This document shows, piece by piece, positions 1 to 15,079 of a stretch of DNA of 23,994 nucleotides. A program made the translations under genes and the position numbers. The notes under the pieces are model-generated. The model searched no databases and had not been told where the DNA came from. It saw nothing but the letters and a program-made list of their open reading frames with translations. The stretch covers positions 1 to 23,994 of the forward strand of contig NEEC01000241.1 in NCBI GenBank assembly GCA_002189035.1, given 5' to 3'. Source of the stretch: Utricularia gibba. Lineage: Eukaryota; Plantae; Magnoliophyta. The stretch's first letter is position 1, and each line of letters starts with the position of its first letter.

Positions 1-3000
1 CATCCTAACTTCAATAAGTGCAGCACGATTTTCGTCGAGTAGGACCGATGTGGCAAAGAACCTTGGGTCAGAACGAAGTTCACAACGACATCACCGCCCA
101 AAAACGACAAGCTTTTCCTTGAGAAACATGTAGGCAGCCAATTAAAACCCAACGTTAAGAAATGCATCAAGTTTTTTGCCGAGCCACAAATGACTATGGG
201 CCGAGCTCGACTCGACCCCTTCTCGATACCGTTGCCCCACGAGAGCGCCTCCTCAGATATAAAAAGCATGCGGTTGAGAAAAACCATTTTGGGTGCTCAT
301 GACATCCTAACTTCAATAAGTGCAGCACGATTTTCGTCGAGTAGGACCCGATGTGGCAAAGGAGTCAGACCGAACCTTGGTCAGAACGAAGTTCACAACG
401 ACATCACCCCGCCAAAAACGACAAGCTTTTCCTTGAGAAACCATGTAGGCAGCCAATTAAAACCCAACGTTAAGAAATGCATCAAGTTTTTTGCCGAGCC
501 ACAAATGACTATGGGCCCGAGCTCGACTCGACCTCCTTCTCGATACCGTTGCCCCACGAGAGCGCCTCCTCAGATATAAAGCATGCGGTTGAGAAAACCA
601 TTTTGGGGTGCTCATGACATCCTAACTTCAATAAGTGCAGCACGATTTTCGTCGAGTAGGACCCGATGTGGCAAAGGAACTTGGGTCAGAACGAAGTTCA
701 CAACGACATCACCCGCCCAAAAACGACAAGCTTTTCCTTGAGAAACCATGTAGGCAGCCATTAAAACCAACGTTAAGAAATGCATCAAGTTTTTTGCCGA
801 GCTACAAATGACTATGGGCCCGAGCTCGACTCGACCTCCTTCTCGATACCGTTGCCCCACGAGAGCGCCTCCTCAGATATAAAGCATGCGGTTGAGAAAA
901 CCATTTTGGGTGCTCATGACATCCTAACTTCAATAAGTGCAGCACGATTTTCGTCGAGTAGGACCCGATGTGGCAAAGGAGTCAGACCGACCTTGGGTCA
1001 GAACGAAGTTCACAACGACATCACCGCCCAAAAACGACAAGCTTTTCCTTGAGAAACCATGTAGGCAGCCAATTAAAACCAACGTTAAGAAATGCATCAA
1101 GTTTTTTGCCGAGCCACAAATGACTATGGGCCCGAGCTCGACTCGACCTCCTTCTCGATACCGTTGCCCACGAGAGCGCCTCCAGATATAAAGCATGCGG
1201 TTGAGAAAACCATTTTTGCTCATGACATCTAACTTCAATAAGTGCAGCACGATTTTCGTCGAGTAGGACCCGATGTGGCAAAGGAGTCCTTGGGTCAGAA
1301 CGAAGTTCACAACGACATCACCCGCCAAAAACGACAAGCTTTTCCTTGAGAAACCATGTAGGCAGCCAATTAAAACCCAACGTTAAGAAATGCATCAAGT
1401 TTTTTGCCGAGCTACAAATGACTATGGCCCGAGCTCGACTCGACCTCCTTCTCGATACCGTTGCCCACGAGAGCGCCTCCTCAGATATATAAGCATGCGT
1501 TGAGAAAACATTTTGGGTGCTTATGACATCCTAACTTCAATAAGTGCATCACGATTTTCGTCGAGTAGGACCCGATGTGGAAAGGAGTCAGACCGAACTT
1601 GGGTCAGAACGAAGTTCACAACGACATCACCCGCCCAAAAACGACAAGCTTTTCCTTGAGAAACCATGTAGGCAGCCAATTAAAACCCAACGTTAAGAAA
1701 TGCATCAAGTTTTTTTGCCGAGCTACAAATGACTATGGGCCCGAGCTCGACTCGACCTCCTTCTCGATACCGTTGCCCACGAGAGCGCCTCCTCAGATAT
1801 AAAGCATGCGGTTGAGAAAACCATTTTGGGTGCTCATGACATCCTAACTTCAATAAGTGCATCACGATTTTCGTCGAGTAGGACCCGATGTGGCAAAGGA
1901 ACCTTGGGTCAGAACGAAGTTCACAACGACATCACCCGCCCAAAAACGACAAGCTTTTCCTTGAGAAACCATGTAGGCAGCCAATTAAAACCCAACGTTA
2001 AGAAATGCATCAAGTTTTTTTGCCGAGCACAAATGACTATGGGCCCGAGCTCGACTCGACCACCTTCTCGATACCGTTGCCCCACGAGAGCGCCTCTCAG
2101 ATATAAAGCATGCGGTTGAGAAAACCATTTTGGGTGCTCATGACATCCTAACTTCAATAAGTGCAGCACGATTTTCGTCGAGTAGGACCCGATGTGGCAA
2201 AGGAGTCAGACCGAACCTTGGGTCAGAACGAAGTTCACAACGACATCCCGCCCAAAAACGACAAGCTTTTCCTTGAGAAACCATGTAGGCAGCCAATTAA
2301 AACCCAACGTTAAGAAATGCATCAAGTTTTTTGCCGAGCACAAATGACTATGGGCCCGAGCTCGACTCGACCCTTCTCGATACCGTTGCCCACGAGAGCG
2401 CCTCCTCAGATATAAAGCATGCGGTTGAGAAAACCATTTTGGGTGCTCATGACATCCTAACTTCAATAAGTGCATCACGATTTTCGTCGAGTAGGACCCG
2501 ATGTGGCAAAGGAGTCAGACCGAACTTGGGTCAGAACGAAGTTCACAACGACATCACCCGCCAAAAACGACAAGCTTTTCCTTGAGAAACCATGTAGGCA
2601 GCCAATTAAACCCAACGTTAAGAAATGCATCAAGTTTTTTGCCGAGCCACAAATGACTATGGGCCCGAGCTCGACTCGACCTCCTTCTCGATACCGTTGC
2701 CCACGAGAGCGCCTCCTCAGATATAAAGCATGCGGGTTGAGAAAACCATTTTGGGTGCTCATGACATCCTAACTTCAATAAGTGCATCAGATTTTCGTCG
2801 AGTAGGACCGATGTGGCAAAGGAACCTTGGGTCAGAACGAAGTTCACAACGACATCACCCGCCAAAAACGACAAGCTTTTCCTTGAGAAACCATGTAGGC
2901 AGCCAATTAAACCCAACGTTAAAAACAAACATTTTTTGCCGAGCCACAAATGACTATGGGCCCGAGCTCGACTCGACCTCCTTCTCGATACCGTTGCCCC

Positions 3001-6000
3001 ACGAGAGCGCCTCCTCAGATATAAAGCATGCGGTTGAGAAAACCATTTTGGGTGCTCATGACATCCTAACTTCAATAAGTGCAGCACGATTTTCGTCGAG
3101 TAGGACCCGATGTGGCAAAGGAGTCAGACCGAACCTTGGGTCAGAACGAAGTTCACAACGACATCACCGCCCAAAAACGACAAGCTTTTCCTTGAGAAAC
3201 CATGTAGGCAGCCAATTAAAACCCAACGTTAAGAAATGCATCAAGTTTTTTGCCGAGCTACAAATGACTATGGGCCCGAGCTCGACTCGACCTCTTCTCG
3301 ATACCGTTGCCCACGAGAGCGCCTCCTCAGATATAAAGCATGCGGTTGAGAAAACCATTTTGGGTGCTTATGACATCCTACTTCAATAAGTGCATCACGA
3401 TTTTCGTCGAGTAGGACCCGATGTGGCAAAGGAGTCAGACCGAACCTTGGGTCAGAACGAAGTTCACAACGACATCACCGCCCAAAAACGACAAGCTTTT
3501 CCTTGAGAAACCATGTAGGCAGCCAATTAAACCCAACGTTAAGAAATGCATCAAGTTTTTTGCCGAGCCACAAATGACTATGGGCCCGAGCTCGACTCGA
3601 CCTCCTTCTCGATACCGTTGCCCCACGAGAGCGCCTCCTCAGATATAAAGCATGCGGTTGAGAAAACCATTTTGGGTGCTCATGACATCCTAACTTCAAT
3701 AAGTGCATCACGATTTTCGTCGAGTAGGACCCGATGTGGCAAAGGAACCTTGGGTCAGAACGAAGTTCACAACGACATCACCGCCAAAAACGACAAGCTT
3801 TTCCTTGAGAAACCATGTAGGCAGCCAATTAAAACCCAACGTTAAGAAATGCATCAAGTTTTTTGCCGAGCCACAAATGACTATGGGCCGAGCTCGACTC
3901 GACCTCCTTCTCGATACCGTTGCCCACGAGAGCGCCTCCTCAGATATAAAGCATGCGGTTGAGAAAACCATTTTGGGTGCTCATGACATCCTAACTTCAA
4001 TAAGTGCATCACGATTTTCGTCGAGTAGGACCCGATGTGGCAAAGGAGTCAGACCGAACCTTGGGTCAGAACGAAGTTCACAACGACATCACCAGCCCAA
4101 AAACGACAAGCTTTTCCTTGAGAAACCATGTAGGCAGCCAATTAAAACCCAACGTTAAGAAATGCATCAAGTTTTTTGCCGAGCTACAAATGACTATGGG
4201 CCGAGCTCGACTCGACCTCCTCTCGATACCGTTGCCCCACGAGAGCGCCTCTCAGATATAAAGCATGCGGTTGAGAAAACCATTTTGGGTGCTCATGACA
4301 TCCTAACTTCAATAAGTGCAGCACGATTTTCGTCGAGTAGGACCCGATGTGGCAAAGGAGTCAGACCGAACCTTGGGTCAGAACGAAGTTCACAACGACA
4401 TCACCCGCCAAAAACGACAAGCTTTTCCTTGAGAAACCAGGCAGCAATTAAAACCCAACGTTAAGAAATGCATCAAGTTTTTTGCCGAGCCACAAATGAC
4501 TATGGGCCCGAGCTCGACTCGACCCCTTCTCGATACCGTTGCCCACGAGAGCGCCTCTCAGATATAAAGCATGCGGTTGAGAAAACCATTTTGGGTGCTC
4601 ATGACATCCTAACTTCAATAAGTGCATCACGATTTTCGTCGAGTAGGACCCGATGTGGCAAAGGAAGACCTTGGGTCAGAACGAAGTTCACAACGACATC
4701 ACCCGCCCAAAAACGACAAGCTTTTCCTTGAGAAACCATGTAGGCAGCCAATTAAAACCCAACGTTAAGAAATGCATCAAGTTTTTTTGCCGAGCCACAA
4801 ATGACTATGGGCCCGAGCTCGACTCGACCTCCTTCTCGATACCGTTGCCCACGAGAGCGCCTCCTCAGATATAAAGCATGCGGTTGAGAAAACCATTTTG
4901 GGTGCTCATGACATCCTAACTTCAATAAGTGCAGCACGATTTTCGTCGAGTAGGACCCGATGTGGCAAAGGAACCTTGGGTCAGAACGAAGTTCACAACG
5001 ACATCACCCGCCCAAAAACGACAAGCTTTTCCTTGAGAAACCATGTAGGCAGCCAATTAAAACCCAACGTTAAGAAATGCATCAAGTTTTTTGCCGAGCC
5101 ACAAATGACTATGGGCCCGAGCTCGACTCGACTCTTCTCGATACCGTTGCCCACGAGAGCGCCTCTCAGATATAAAGCATGCGGTTGAGAAAACCATTTT
5201 GGGTGCTCATGACATCCTAACTTCAATAAGTGCAGCGATTTTCGTCGAGTAGGACCCGATGTGGCAAAGGAGTCAGACCTTGGGTCAGAACGAAGTTCAC
5301 AACGACATCACCCGCCCAAAAACGACAAGCTTTTCCTTGAGAAACCATGTAGGCAGCCAATTAAAACCCAACGTTAAGAAATGCATCAAGTTTTTTGCCG
5401 AGCTACAAATGACTATGGGCCCGAGCTCGACTCGACCTCCTTCTCGATACCGTTGCCCCACGAGAGCGCCTCCTCAGATATATAAAGCATGCGGTTGAGA
5501 AAACCATTTTGGGTGCTCATGACATCTAACTTCAATAAGTGCATCACGATTTTCGTCGAGTAGGACCGATGTGGCAAAGGAGTCAGACCGAACCTTGGGT
5601 CAGAACGAAGTTCACAACGACATCACCCCGCAAAAACGACAAGCTTTTCCTTGAGAAACCATGTAGGCAGCCAATTAAAACCCAACGTTAAGAATGCATC
5701 AAGTTTTTTGCCGAGCTACAAATGACTATGGGCCCGAGCTCGACTCGACCTCCTTCTCGATACCGTTGCCCCACGAGAGCGCCTCCTCAGATATAAAGCA
5801 TGCGGTTGAGAAAACCATTTTGGGTGCTCATGACATCCTAACTTCAATAAGTGCAGCACGATTTTCGTCGAGTAGGACCCGATGTGGCAAAGGAGTCAGA
5901 CCGAACCTTGGGTCAGAACGAAGTTCACAACGACATCACCCGCCCAAAAACGACAAGCTTTTCCTTGAGAAACCATGTAGGCAGCCAATTAAAACCCAAC

Positions 6001-9000
6001 GTTAAGAAATGCATCAAGTTTTTTGCCGAGCTACAAAATGACTATGGGCCCGAGCTCGACTCGACCTCCTTCTCGATACCGTTGCCCCACGAGAGCGCCT
6101 CCTCAGATATAAAGCATGCGGTTGAGAAAACCATTTTGGGTGCTCATGACATCTAACTTCAATAAGTGCATCACGATTTTCGTCGAGTAGGACCCGATGT
6201 GGCAAAGGAGTCAGACCGAACCTTGGGTCAGAACGAAGTTCACAACGACATCACCCGCCCAAAAACGACAAGCTTTTCCTTGAGAAACCATGTAGGCAGC
6301 CAATTAAAACCCAACGTTAAGAAATGCATCAAGTTTTTTGCCGAGCACAAATGACTATGGGCCCGAGCTCGACTCGACCTCCTTCTCGATACCGTTGCCC
6401 CACGAGAGCGCCTCCTCAGATATAAAGCATGCGGTTGAGAAAACCATTTTGGGTGCTCATGACATCCTAACTTCAATAAGTGCAGCACGATTTTCGTCGA
6501 GTAGGACCCGATGTGGCAAAGGAACCTTGGGTCAGAACGAAGTTCACAACGACATCACCCGCCCAAAAACGACAAGCTTTTCCTTGAGAAACCATGTAGG
6601 CAGCCAATTAAAACCCAACGTTAAGAAATGCATCAAGTTTTTTGCCGAGCTAAAATGACTATGGGCCCGAGCTCGACTCGACCTCCTTCTCGATACCGTT
6701 GCCCACGAGAGCGCCTCCTCAGATATAAAGCATGCGGTTGAGAAAACCATTTTGGGTGCTCATGACATCCTAACTTCAATAAGTGCAGCACGATTTTCGT
6801 CGAGTAGGACCCGATGTGGCAAAGGAGTCAGGAACCTTGGTCAGAACGAAGTTCACAACGACATCACCGCCCAAAAACGACAAGCTTTTCCTTGAGAAAC
6901 CATGTAGGCAGCCAATTAAAACCCAACGTTAAGAAATGCATCAAGTTTTTTGCCGAGCTACAAATGACTATGGGCCCGAGCTCGACTCGACCTCCTTCTC
7001 GATACCGTTGCCCCACGAGAGCGCCTCCTCAGATATAAAGCATGCGGTTGAGAAAACCATTTTGGGTGCTCATGACATCCTAACTTCAATAAGTGCAGCA
7101 CGATTTTCGTCGAGTAGGACCCGATGTGGCAAAGGAGTCAGACCGAACCTTGGGTCAGAACGAAGTTCACAACGACATCACCCGCCCAAAAACGACAAGC
7201 TTTTCCTTGAGAAACCATGTAGGCAGCCAATTAAAACCCAACGTTAAGAAATGCATCAAGTTTTTTGCCGAGCCACAAATGACTATGGGCCCGAGCTCGA
7301 CTCGACCTCCTTCTCGATACCGTTGCCCCACGAGAGCGCCTCCTCAGATATAAAGCATGCGGTTGAGAAAACCATTTTGGGTGCTCATGACATCCTAACT
7401 TCAATAAGTGCAGCACGATTTTCGTCGAGTAGGACCCGATGTGGCAAAGGAACCTTGGTCAGAACGAAGTTCACAACGACATCACCCGCCCAAAAACGAC
7501 AAGCTTTTCCTTGAGAAACCATGTAGGCAGCCAATTAAAACCAACGTTAAGAAATGCATCAAGTTTTTTGCCGAGCCACAAATGACTATGGGCCCGAGCT
7601 CGACTCGACCTCCTTCTCGATACCGTTGCCCCACGAGAGCGCCTCCTCAGATATAAAGCATGCGGTTGAGAAAACCATTTTGGGTGCTCATGACATCCTA
7701 ACTTCAATAAGTGCAGCACGATTTTCGTCGAGTAGGACCCGATGTGGCAAAGGAACCTTGGGTCAGAACGAAGTTCACAACGACATCACCCGCCCAAAAA
7801 CGACAAGCTTTTCCTTGAGAAACCATGTAGGCAGCCAATTAAAACCCAACGTTAAGAAATGCATCAAGTTTTTTGCCGAGCCACAAATGACTATGGGCCC
7901 GAGCTCGACTCGACCTCCTTCTCGATACCGTTGCCCCACGAGAGCGCCTCCTCAGATATAAAGCATGCGGTTGAGAAAACCATTTTGGGTGCTCATGACA
8001 TCCTAACTTCAATAAGTGCAGCACGATTTTCGTCGAGTAGGACCCGATGTGGCAAAGGAACCTTGGGTCAGAACGAAGTTCACAACGACATCACCGCCCA
8101 AAAACGACAAGCTTTTCCTTGAGAAACCATGTAGGCAGCCAATTAAAACCCAACGTTAAGAAATGCATCAAGTTTTTTGCCGAGCTACAAATGACTATGG
8201 GCCCGAGCTCGACTCGACCTCCTTCTCGATACCGTTGCCCCACGAGAGCGCCTCCTCAGATATAAAGCATGCGGTTGAGAAAACCATTTTGGGTGCTCAT
8301 GACATCCTAACTTCAATAAGTGCAGCACGATTTTCGTCGAGTAGGACCCGATGTGGCAAAGGAGTCAGACCGAACTTGGGTCAGAACGAAGTTCACAACG
8401 ACATCACCGCCCAAAAACGACAAGCTTTTCCTTGAGAAACCATGTAGGCAGCCAATTAAAACCCAACGTTAAGAAATGCATCAAGTTTTTGCCGAGCCAC
8501 AAATGACTATGGGCCCGAGCTCGACTCGACCTCCTTCTCGATACCGTTGCCCCACGAGAGCGCCTCCTCAGATATAAAGCATGCGGTTGAGAAAACCATT
8601 TTGGGTGCTCATGACATCCTAACTTCAATAAGTGCATCACGATTTTCGTCGAGTAGGACCCGATGTGGCAAAGGAACCTTGGGTCAGAACGAAGTTCACA
8701 ACGACATCACCCGCCCAAAAACGACAAGCTTTTCCTTGAGAAACCATGTAGGCAGCCAATTAAAACCCAACGTTAAGAAATGCATCAAGTTTTTTGCCGA
8801 GCCACAAATGACTATGGGCCCGAGCTCGACTCGACCTCCTTCTCGATACCGTTGCCCCACGAGAGCGCCTCCTCAGATATAAAGCATGCGGTTGAGAAAA
8901 CCATTTTGGGTGCTCATGACATCCTAACTTCAATAAGTGCAGCACGATTTTCGTCGAGTAGGACCCGATGTGGCAAAGGAGTCAGACCGAACCTTGGGTC

Positions 9001-12000
9001 AGAACGAAGTTCACAACGACATCACCGCCCAAAAACGACAAGCTTTTCCTTGAGAAACCATGTAGGCAGCCAATTAAAACCCAACGTTAAGAAATGCATC
9101 AAGTTTTTTGCCGAGCCAAATGACTATGGGCCCGAGCTCGACTCGACCTCCTTCTCGATACCGTTGCCCACGAGAGCGCCTCCTCAGATATAAAGCATGC
9201 GGTTGAGAAAACCATTTTGGGTGCTCATGACATCCTAACTTCAATAAGTGCAGCACGATTTTCGTCGAGTAGGACCCGATGTGGCAAAGGAACCTTGGGT
9301 CAGAACGAAGTTCACAACGACATCACCGCCCAAAAACGACAAGCTTTTCCTTGAGAAACCATGTAGGCAGCCAATTAAAACCCAACGTTAAGAAATGCAT
9401 CAAGTTTTTTGCCGAGCTACAAATGACTATGGGCCCGAGCTCGACTCGACCTCCTTCTCGATACCGTTGCCCCACGAGAGCGCCTCCTCAGATATAAAGC
9501 ATGCGGTTGAGAAAACCATTTTGGGTGCTTATGACATCCTAACTTCAATAAGTGCATCACGATTTTCGTCGAGTAGGACCCGATGTGGCAAAGGAGTCAG
9601 ACCGAACCTTGGGTCAGAACGAAGTTCACAACGACATCACCCGCCCAAAAACGACAAGCTTTTCCTTGAGAAACCATGTAGGCAGCCAATTAAAACCCAA
9701 CGTTAAGAAATGCATCAAGTTTTTTGCAAAATGACTATGGGCCCGAGCTCGACTCGACCTCCTTCTCGATACCGTTGCCCACGAGAGCGCCTCCTCAGAT
9801 ATAAAGCATGCGGTTGAGAAAACCATTTTGGGTGCTCATGACATCCTAACTTCAATAAGTGCAGCACGATTTTCGTCGAGTAGGACCCGATGTGGCAAAG
9901 GAACCTTGGGTCAGAACGAAGTTCACAACGACATCACCCGCCCAAAAACGACAAGCTTTTCCTTGAGAAACCATGTAGGCAGCCAATTAAAACCCAACGT
10001 TAAGAAATGCATCAAGTTTTTTGCCGAGCCACAAATGACTATGGGCCCGAGCTCGACTCGACCTCCTTCTCGATACCGTTGCCCCACGAGAGCGCCTCCT
10101 CAGATATAAAGCATGCGGTTGAGAAAACCATTTTGGGTGCTCATGACATCCTAACTTCAATAAGTGCAGCACGATTTTCGTCGAGTAGGACCCGATGTGG
10201 CAAAGGAACCTTGGGTCAGAACGAAGTTCACAACGACATCACCCGCCAAAAACGACAAGCTTTTCCTTGAGAAACCATGTAGGCAGCCAATTAAAACCCA
10301 ACGTTAAGAAATGCATCAAGTTTTTTGCCGAGCCACAAATGACTATGGGCCCGAGCTCGACTCGACCTCCTTCTCGATACCGTTGCCCACGAGAGCGCCT
10401 CCTCAGATATAAAGCATGCGGTTGAGAAAACCATTTTGGGTGCTCATGACATCCTAACTTCAATAAGTGCAGCACGATTTTCGTCGAGTAGGACCCGATG
10501 TGGCAAAGGAGTCAGACCTTGGGTCAGAACGAAGTTCACAACGACATCACCCGCCCAAAAACGACAAGCTTTTCCTTGAGAAACCATGTAGGCAGCCAAT
10601 TAAAACCCAACGTTAAGAAATGCATCAAGTTTTTTGCCGAGCCACAAATGACTATGGGCCCGAGCTCGACTCGACCTCCTTCTCGATACCGTTGCCCCAC
10701 GAGAGCGCCTCCTCAGATATAAAGCATGCGGTTGAGAAAACCATTTTGGGTGCTCATGACATCCTAACTTCAATAAGTGCAGCATTTTCGTCGAGTAGGA
10801 CCCGATGTGGCAAAGGAGTCAGACGAACCTTGGGTCAGAACGAAGTTCACAACGACATCACCCGCCCAAAAACGACAAGCTTTTCCTTGAGAAACCATGT
10901 AGGCAGCCAATTAAAACCCAACGTTAAGAAATGCATCAAGTTTTTTGCCGAGCCACAAATGACTATGGGCCCGAGCTCGACTCGACCTCCTTCTCGATAC
11001 CGTTGCCACGAGAGCGCCTCCTCAGATATAAAGCATGCGGTTGAGAAAACCATTTTGGGTGCTCATGACATCCTAACTTCAATAAGTGCAGCACGATTTT
11101 CGTCGAGTAGGACCCGATGTGGCAAAGGAGTCAACCTTGGGTCAGAACGAAGTTCACAACGACATCACCCGCCCAAAAACGACAAGCTTTTCCTTGAGAA
11201 ACCATGTAGGCAGCCAATTAAAACCCAACGTTAAGAAATGCATCAAGTTTTTTGCCGAGCCACAAATGACTATGGGCCCGAGCTCGACTCGACCTCCTTC
11301 TCGATACCGTTGCCCCACGAGAGCGCCTCCTCAGATATAAAGCATGCGGTTGAGAAAACCATTTTGGGTGCTCATGACATCCTAACTTCAATAAGTGCAG
11401 CACGATTTTCGTCGAGTAGGACCCGATGTGGCAAAGGAGTCAGACCGAACCTTGGGTCAGAACGAAGTTCACAACGACATCACCCGCCCAAAAACGACAA
11501 GCTTTTCCTTGAGAAACCATGTAGGCAGCCAATTAAAACCCAACGTTAAGAAATGCATCAAGTTTTTTGCCGAGCCACAAATGACTATGGGCCCGAGCTC
11601 GACTCGACCTCCTTCTCGATACCGTTGCCCCACGAGAGCGCCTCCTCAGATATAAAGCATGCGGTTGAGAAAACCATTTTGGGTGCTCATGACATCCTAA
11701 CTTCAATAAGTGCAGCACGATTTTCGTCGAGTAGGACCCGATGTGGCAAAGGAGTCAGACCGAACCTTGGGTCAGAACGAAGTTCACAACGACATCACCG
11801 CCCAAAAACGACAAGCTTTTCCTTGAGAAACCATGTAGGCAGCCAATTAAAACCCAACGTTAAGAAATGCATCAAGTTTTTTGCCGAGCCACAAATGACT
11901 ATGGGCCCGAGCTCGACTCGACCTCCTTCTCGATACCGTTGCCCCACGAGAGCGCCTCCTCAGATATAAAGCATGCGGTTGAGAAAACCATTTTGGTGCT

Positions 12001-14764
12001 CATGACATCCTAACTTCAATAAGTGCAGCACGATTTTCGTCGAGTAGGACCCGATGTGGAAAAGGAACCTTGGGTCAGAACGAAGTTCACAACGACATCA
12101 CCCGCCCAAAAACGACAAGCTTTTCCTTGAGAAACCATGTAGGCAGCCAATTAAAACCCAACGTTAAGAAATGCATCAAGTTTTTTGCCGAGCACAAATG
12201 ACTATGGGCCCGAGCTCGACTCGACCTCCTTCTCGATACCGTTGCCCCACGAGAGCGCCTCCTCAGATATAAAGCATGCGGTTGAGAAAACCATTTTGGG
12301 TGCTCATGACATCCTAACTTCAATAAGTGCAGCACGATTTTCGTCGAGTAGGACCCGATGTGGCAAAGGAACCTTGGGTCAGAACGAAGTTCACAACGAC
12401 ATCACCCGCCCAAAAACGACAAGCTTTTCCTTGAGAAACCATGTAGGCAGCCAATTAAAACCCAACGTTAAGAAATGCATCAAGTTTTTTGCCGAGCCAC
12501 AAATGACTATGGGCCCGAGCTCGACTCGACCTCCTTCTCGATACCGTTGCCCCACGAGAGCGCCTCCTCAGATATAAAGCATGCGGTTGAGAAAACCATT
12601 TTGGGTGCTCATGACATCCTAACTTCAATAAGTGCAGCACGATTTTCGTCGAGTAGGACCGATGTGGCAAAGGAACCTTGGGTCAGAACGAAGTTCACAA
12701 CGACATCACCCGCCAAAAACGACAAGCTTTTCCTTGAGAAACCATGTAGGCAGCCAATTAAAACCCAACGTTAAGAAATGCATCAAGTTTTTTGCCGAGC
12801 CACAAATGACTATGGGCCCGAGCTCGACTCGACCTCCTTCTCGATACCGTTGCCCCACGAGAGCGCCTCCTCAGATATAAAGCATGCGGTTGAGAAAACC
12901 ATTTTGGGTGCTCATGACATCCTAACTTCAATAAGTGCAGCACGATTTTCGTCGAGTAGGACCCGATGTGGCAAAGGAACCTTGGGTCAGAACGAAGTTC
13001 ACAACGACATCACCCGCCCAAAAACGACAAGCTTTTCCTTGAGAAACCATGTAGGCAGCCAATTAAAACCCAACGTTAAGAAATGCATCAAGTTTTTTGC
13101 CGAGCTACAAATGACTATGGGCCCGAGCTCGACTCGACCTCCTTCTCGATACCGTTGCCCCACGAGAGCGCCTCCTCAGATATAAAGCATGCGGTTGAGA
13201 AAACCATTTTGGGTGCTCATGACATCCTAACTTCAATAAGTGCAGCACGATTTTCGTCGAGTAGGACCCGATGTGGCAAAGGAGTCAGACCGAACCTTGG
13301 GTCAGAACGAAGTTCACAACGACATCACCCGCCCAAAAACGACAAGCTTTTCCTTGAGAAACCATGTAGGCAGCCAATTAAAACCCAACGTTAAGAAATG
13401 CATCAAGTTTTTTGCCGAGCCACAAATGACTATGGGCCCGAGCTCGACTCGACCTCCTTCTCGATACCGTTGCCCCACGAGAGCGCCTCCTCAGATATAA
13501 AGCATGCGGTTGAGAAAACCATTTTGGGTGCTCATGACATCCTAACTTCAATAAGTGCAGCACGATTTTCGTCGAGTAGGACCCGATGTGGCAAAGGAAC
13601 CTTGGGTCAGAACGAAGTTCACAACGACATCACCCGCCCAAAAACGACAAGCTTTTCCTTGAGAAACCATGTAGGCAGCCAATTAAAACCCAACGTTAAG
13701 AAATGCATCAAGTTTTTTGCCGAGCACAAATGACTATGGGCCCGAGCTCGACTCGACCTCCTTCTCGATACCGTTGCCCCACGAGAGCGCCTCCTCAGAT
13801 ATAAAGCATGCGGTTGAGAAAACCATTTTGGGTGCTCATGACATCCTAACTTCAATAAGTGCAGCACGATTTTCGTCGAGTAGGACCCGATGTGGCAAAG
13901 GAGTCAGACCGAACCTTGGGTCAGAACGAAGTTCACAACGACATCACCCGCCCAAAAACGACAAGCTTTTCCTTGAGAAACCATGTAGGCAGCCAATTAA
14001 AACCCAACGTTAAGAAATGCATCAAGTTTTTTGCCGAGCACAAATGACTATGGGCCCGAGCTCGACTCGACCTCCTTCTCGATACCGTTGCCCCACGAGA
14101 GCGCCTCCTCAGATATAAAGCATGCGGTTGAGAAAACCATTTTGGGTGCTCATGACATCCTAACTTCAATAAGTGCAGCACGATTTTCGTCGAGTAGGAC
14201 CCGATGTGAGTCAGACCCCTTGGGTCAGAACGAAGTTCACAACGACATCACCCGCCCAAAAACGACAAGCTTTTCCTTGAGAAACCATGTAGGCAGCCAA
14301 TTAAAACCCAACGTTAAGAAATGCATCAAGTTTTTTGCCGAGCCACAAATGACTATGGGCCCGAGCTCGACTCGACCTCCTTCTCGATACCGTTGCCCCA
14401 CGAGAGCGCCTCCTCAGATATAAAGCATGCGGTTGAGAAAACCATTTTGGGTGCTCATGACATCCTAACTTCAATAAGTGCAGCACGATTTTCGTCGAGT
14501 AGGACCCGATGTGGCAAAGGAACCTTGGGTCAGAACGAAGTTCACAACGACATCACCCGCCCAAAAACGACAAGCTTTTCCTTGAGAAACCATGTAGGCA
14601 GCCAATTAAAACCCAACGTTAAGAAATGCATCAAGTTTTTTGCCGAGCCACAAATGACTATGGGCCCGAGCTCGACTCGACCTCCTTCTCGATACCGTTG
14701 CCCACGAGAGCGCCTCCTCAGATATAAAGCATGCGGTTGAGAAAACCATTTTGGGTGCTCATGA

Positions 14765-15079
14765 CATCCTAACTTCAATAAGTGCAGCACGATTTTCGTC
14801 GAGTAGGACCCGATGTGGCAAAGGAGTCAGACCGAACCTTGGGTCAGAACGAAGTTCACAACGACATCACCCGCCCAAAAACGACAAGCTTTTCCTTGAG
14901 AAACCATGTAGGCAGCCAATTAAAACCCAACGTTAAGAAATGCATCAAGTTTTTTGCCGAGCCACAAATGACTATGGGCCCGAGCTCGACTCGACCTCCT
15001 TCTCGATACCGTTGCCCCACGAGAGCGCCTCCTCAGATATAAAGCATGCGGTTGAGAAAACCATTTTGGGTGCTCATGA
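14765..15079 (+). repeat. Representative long (L) unit, 315 bp
   Basis: Same as the S unit at 15080 except for the extra GTCAGACCGA after GGCAAAGGA. Confidence 0.97.
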
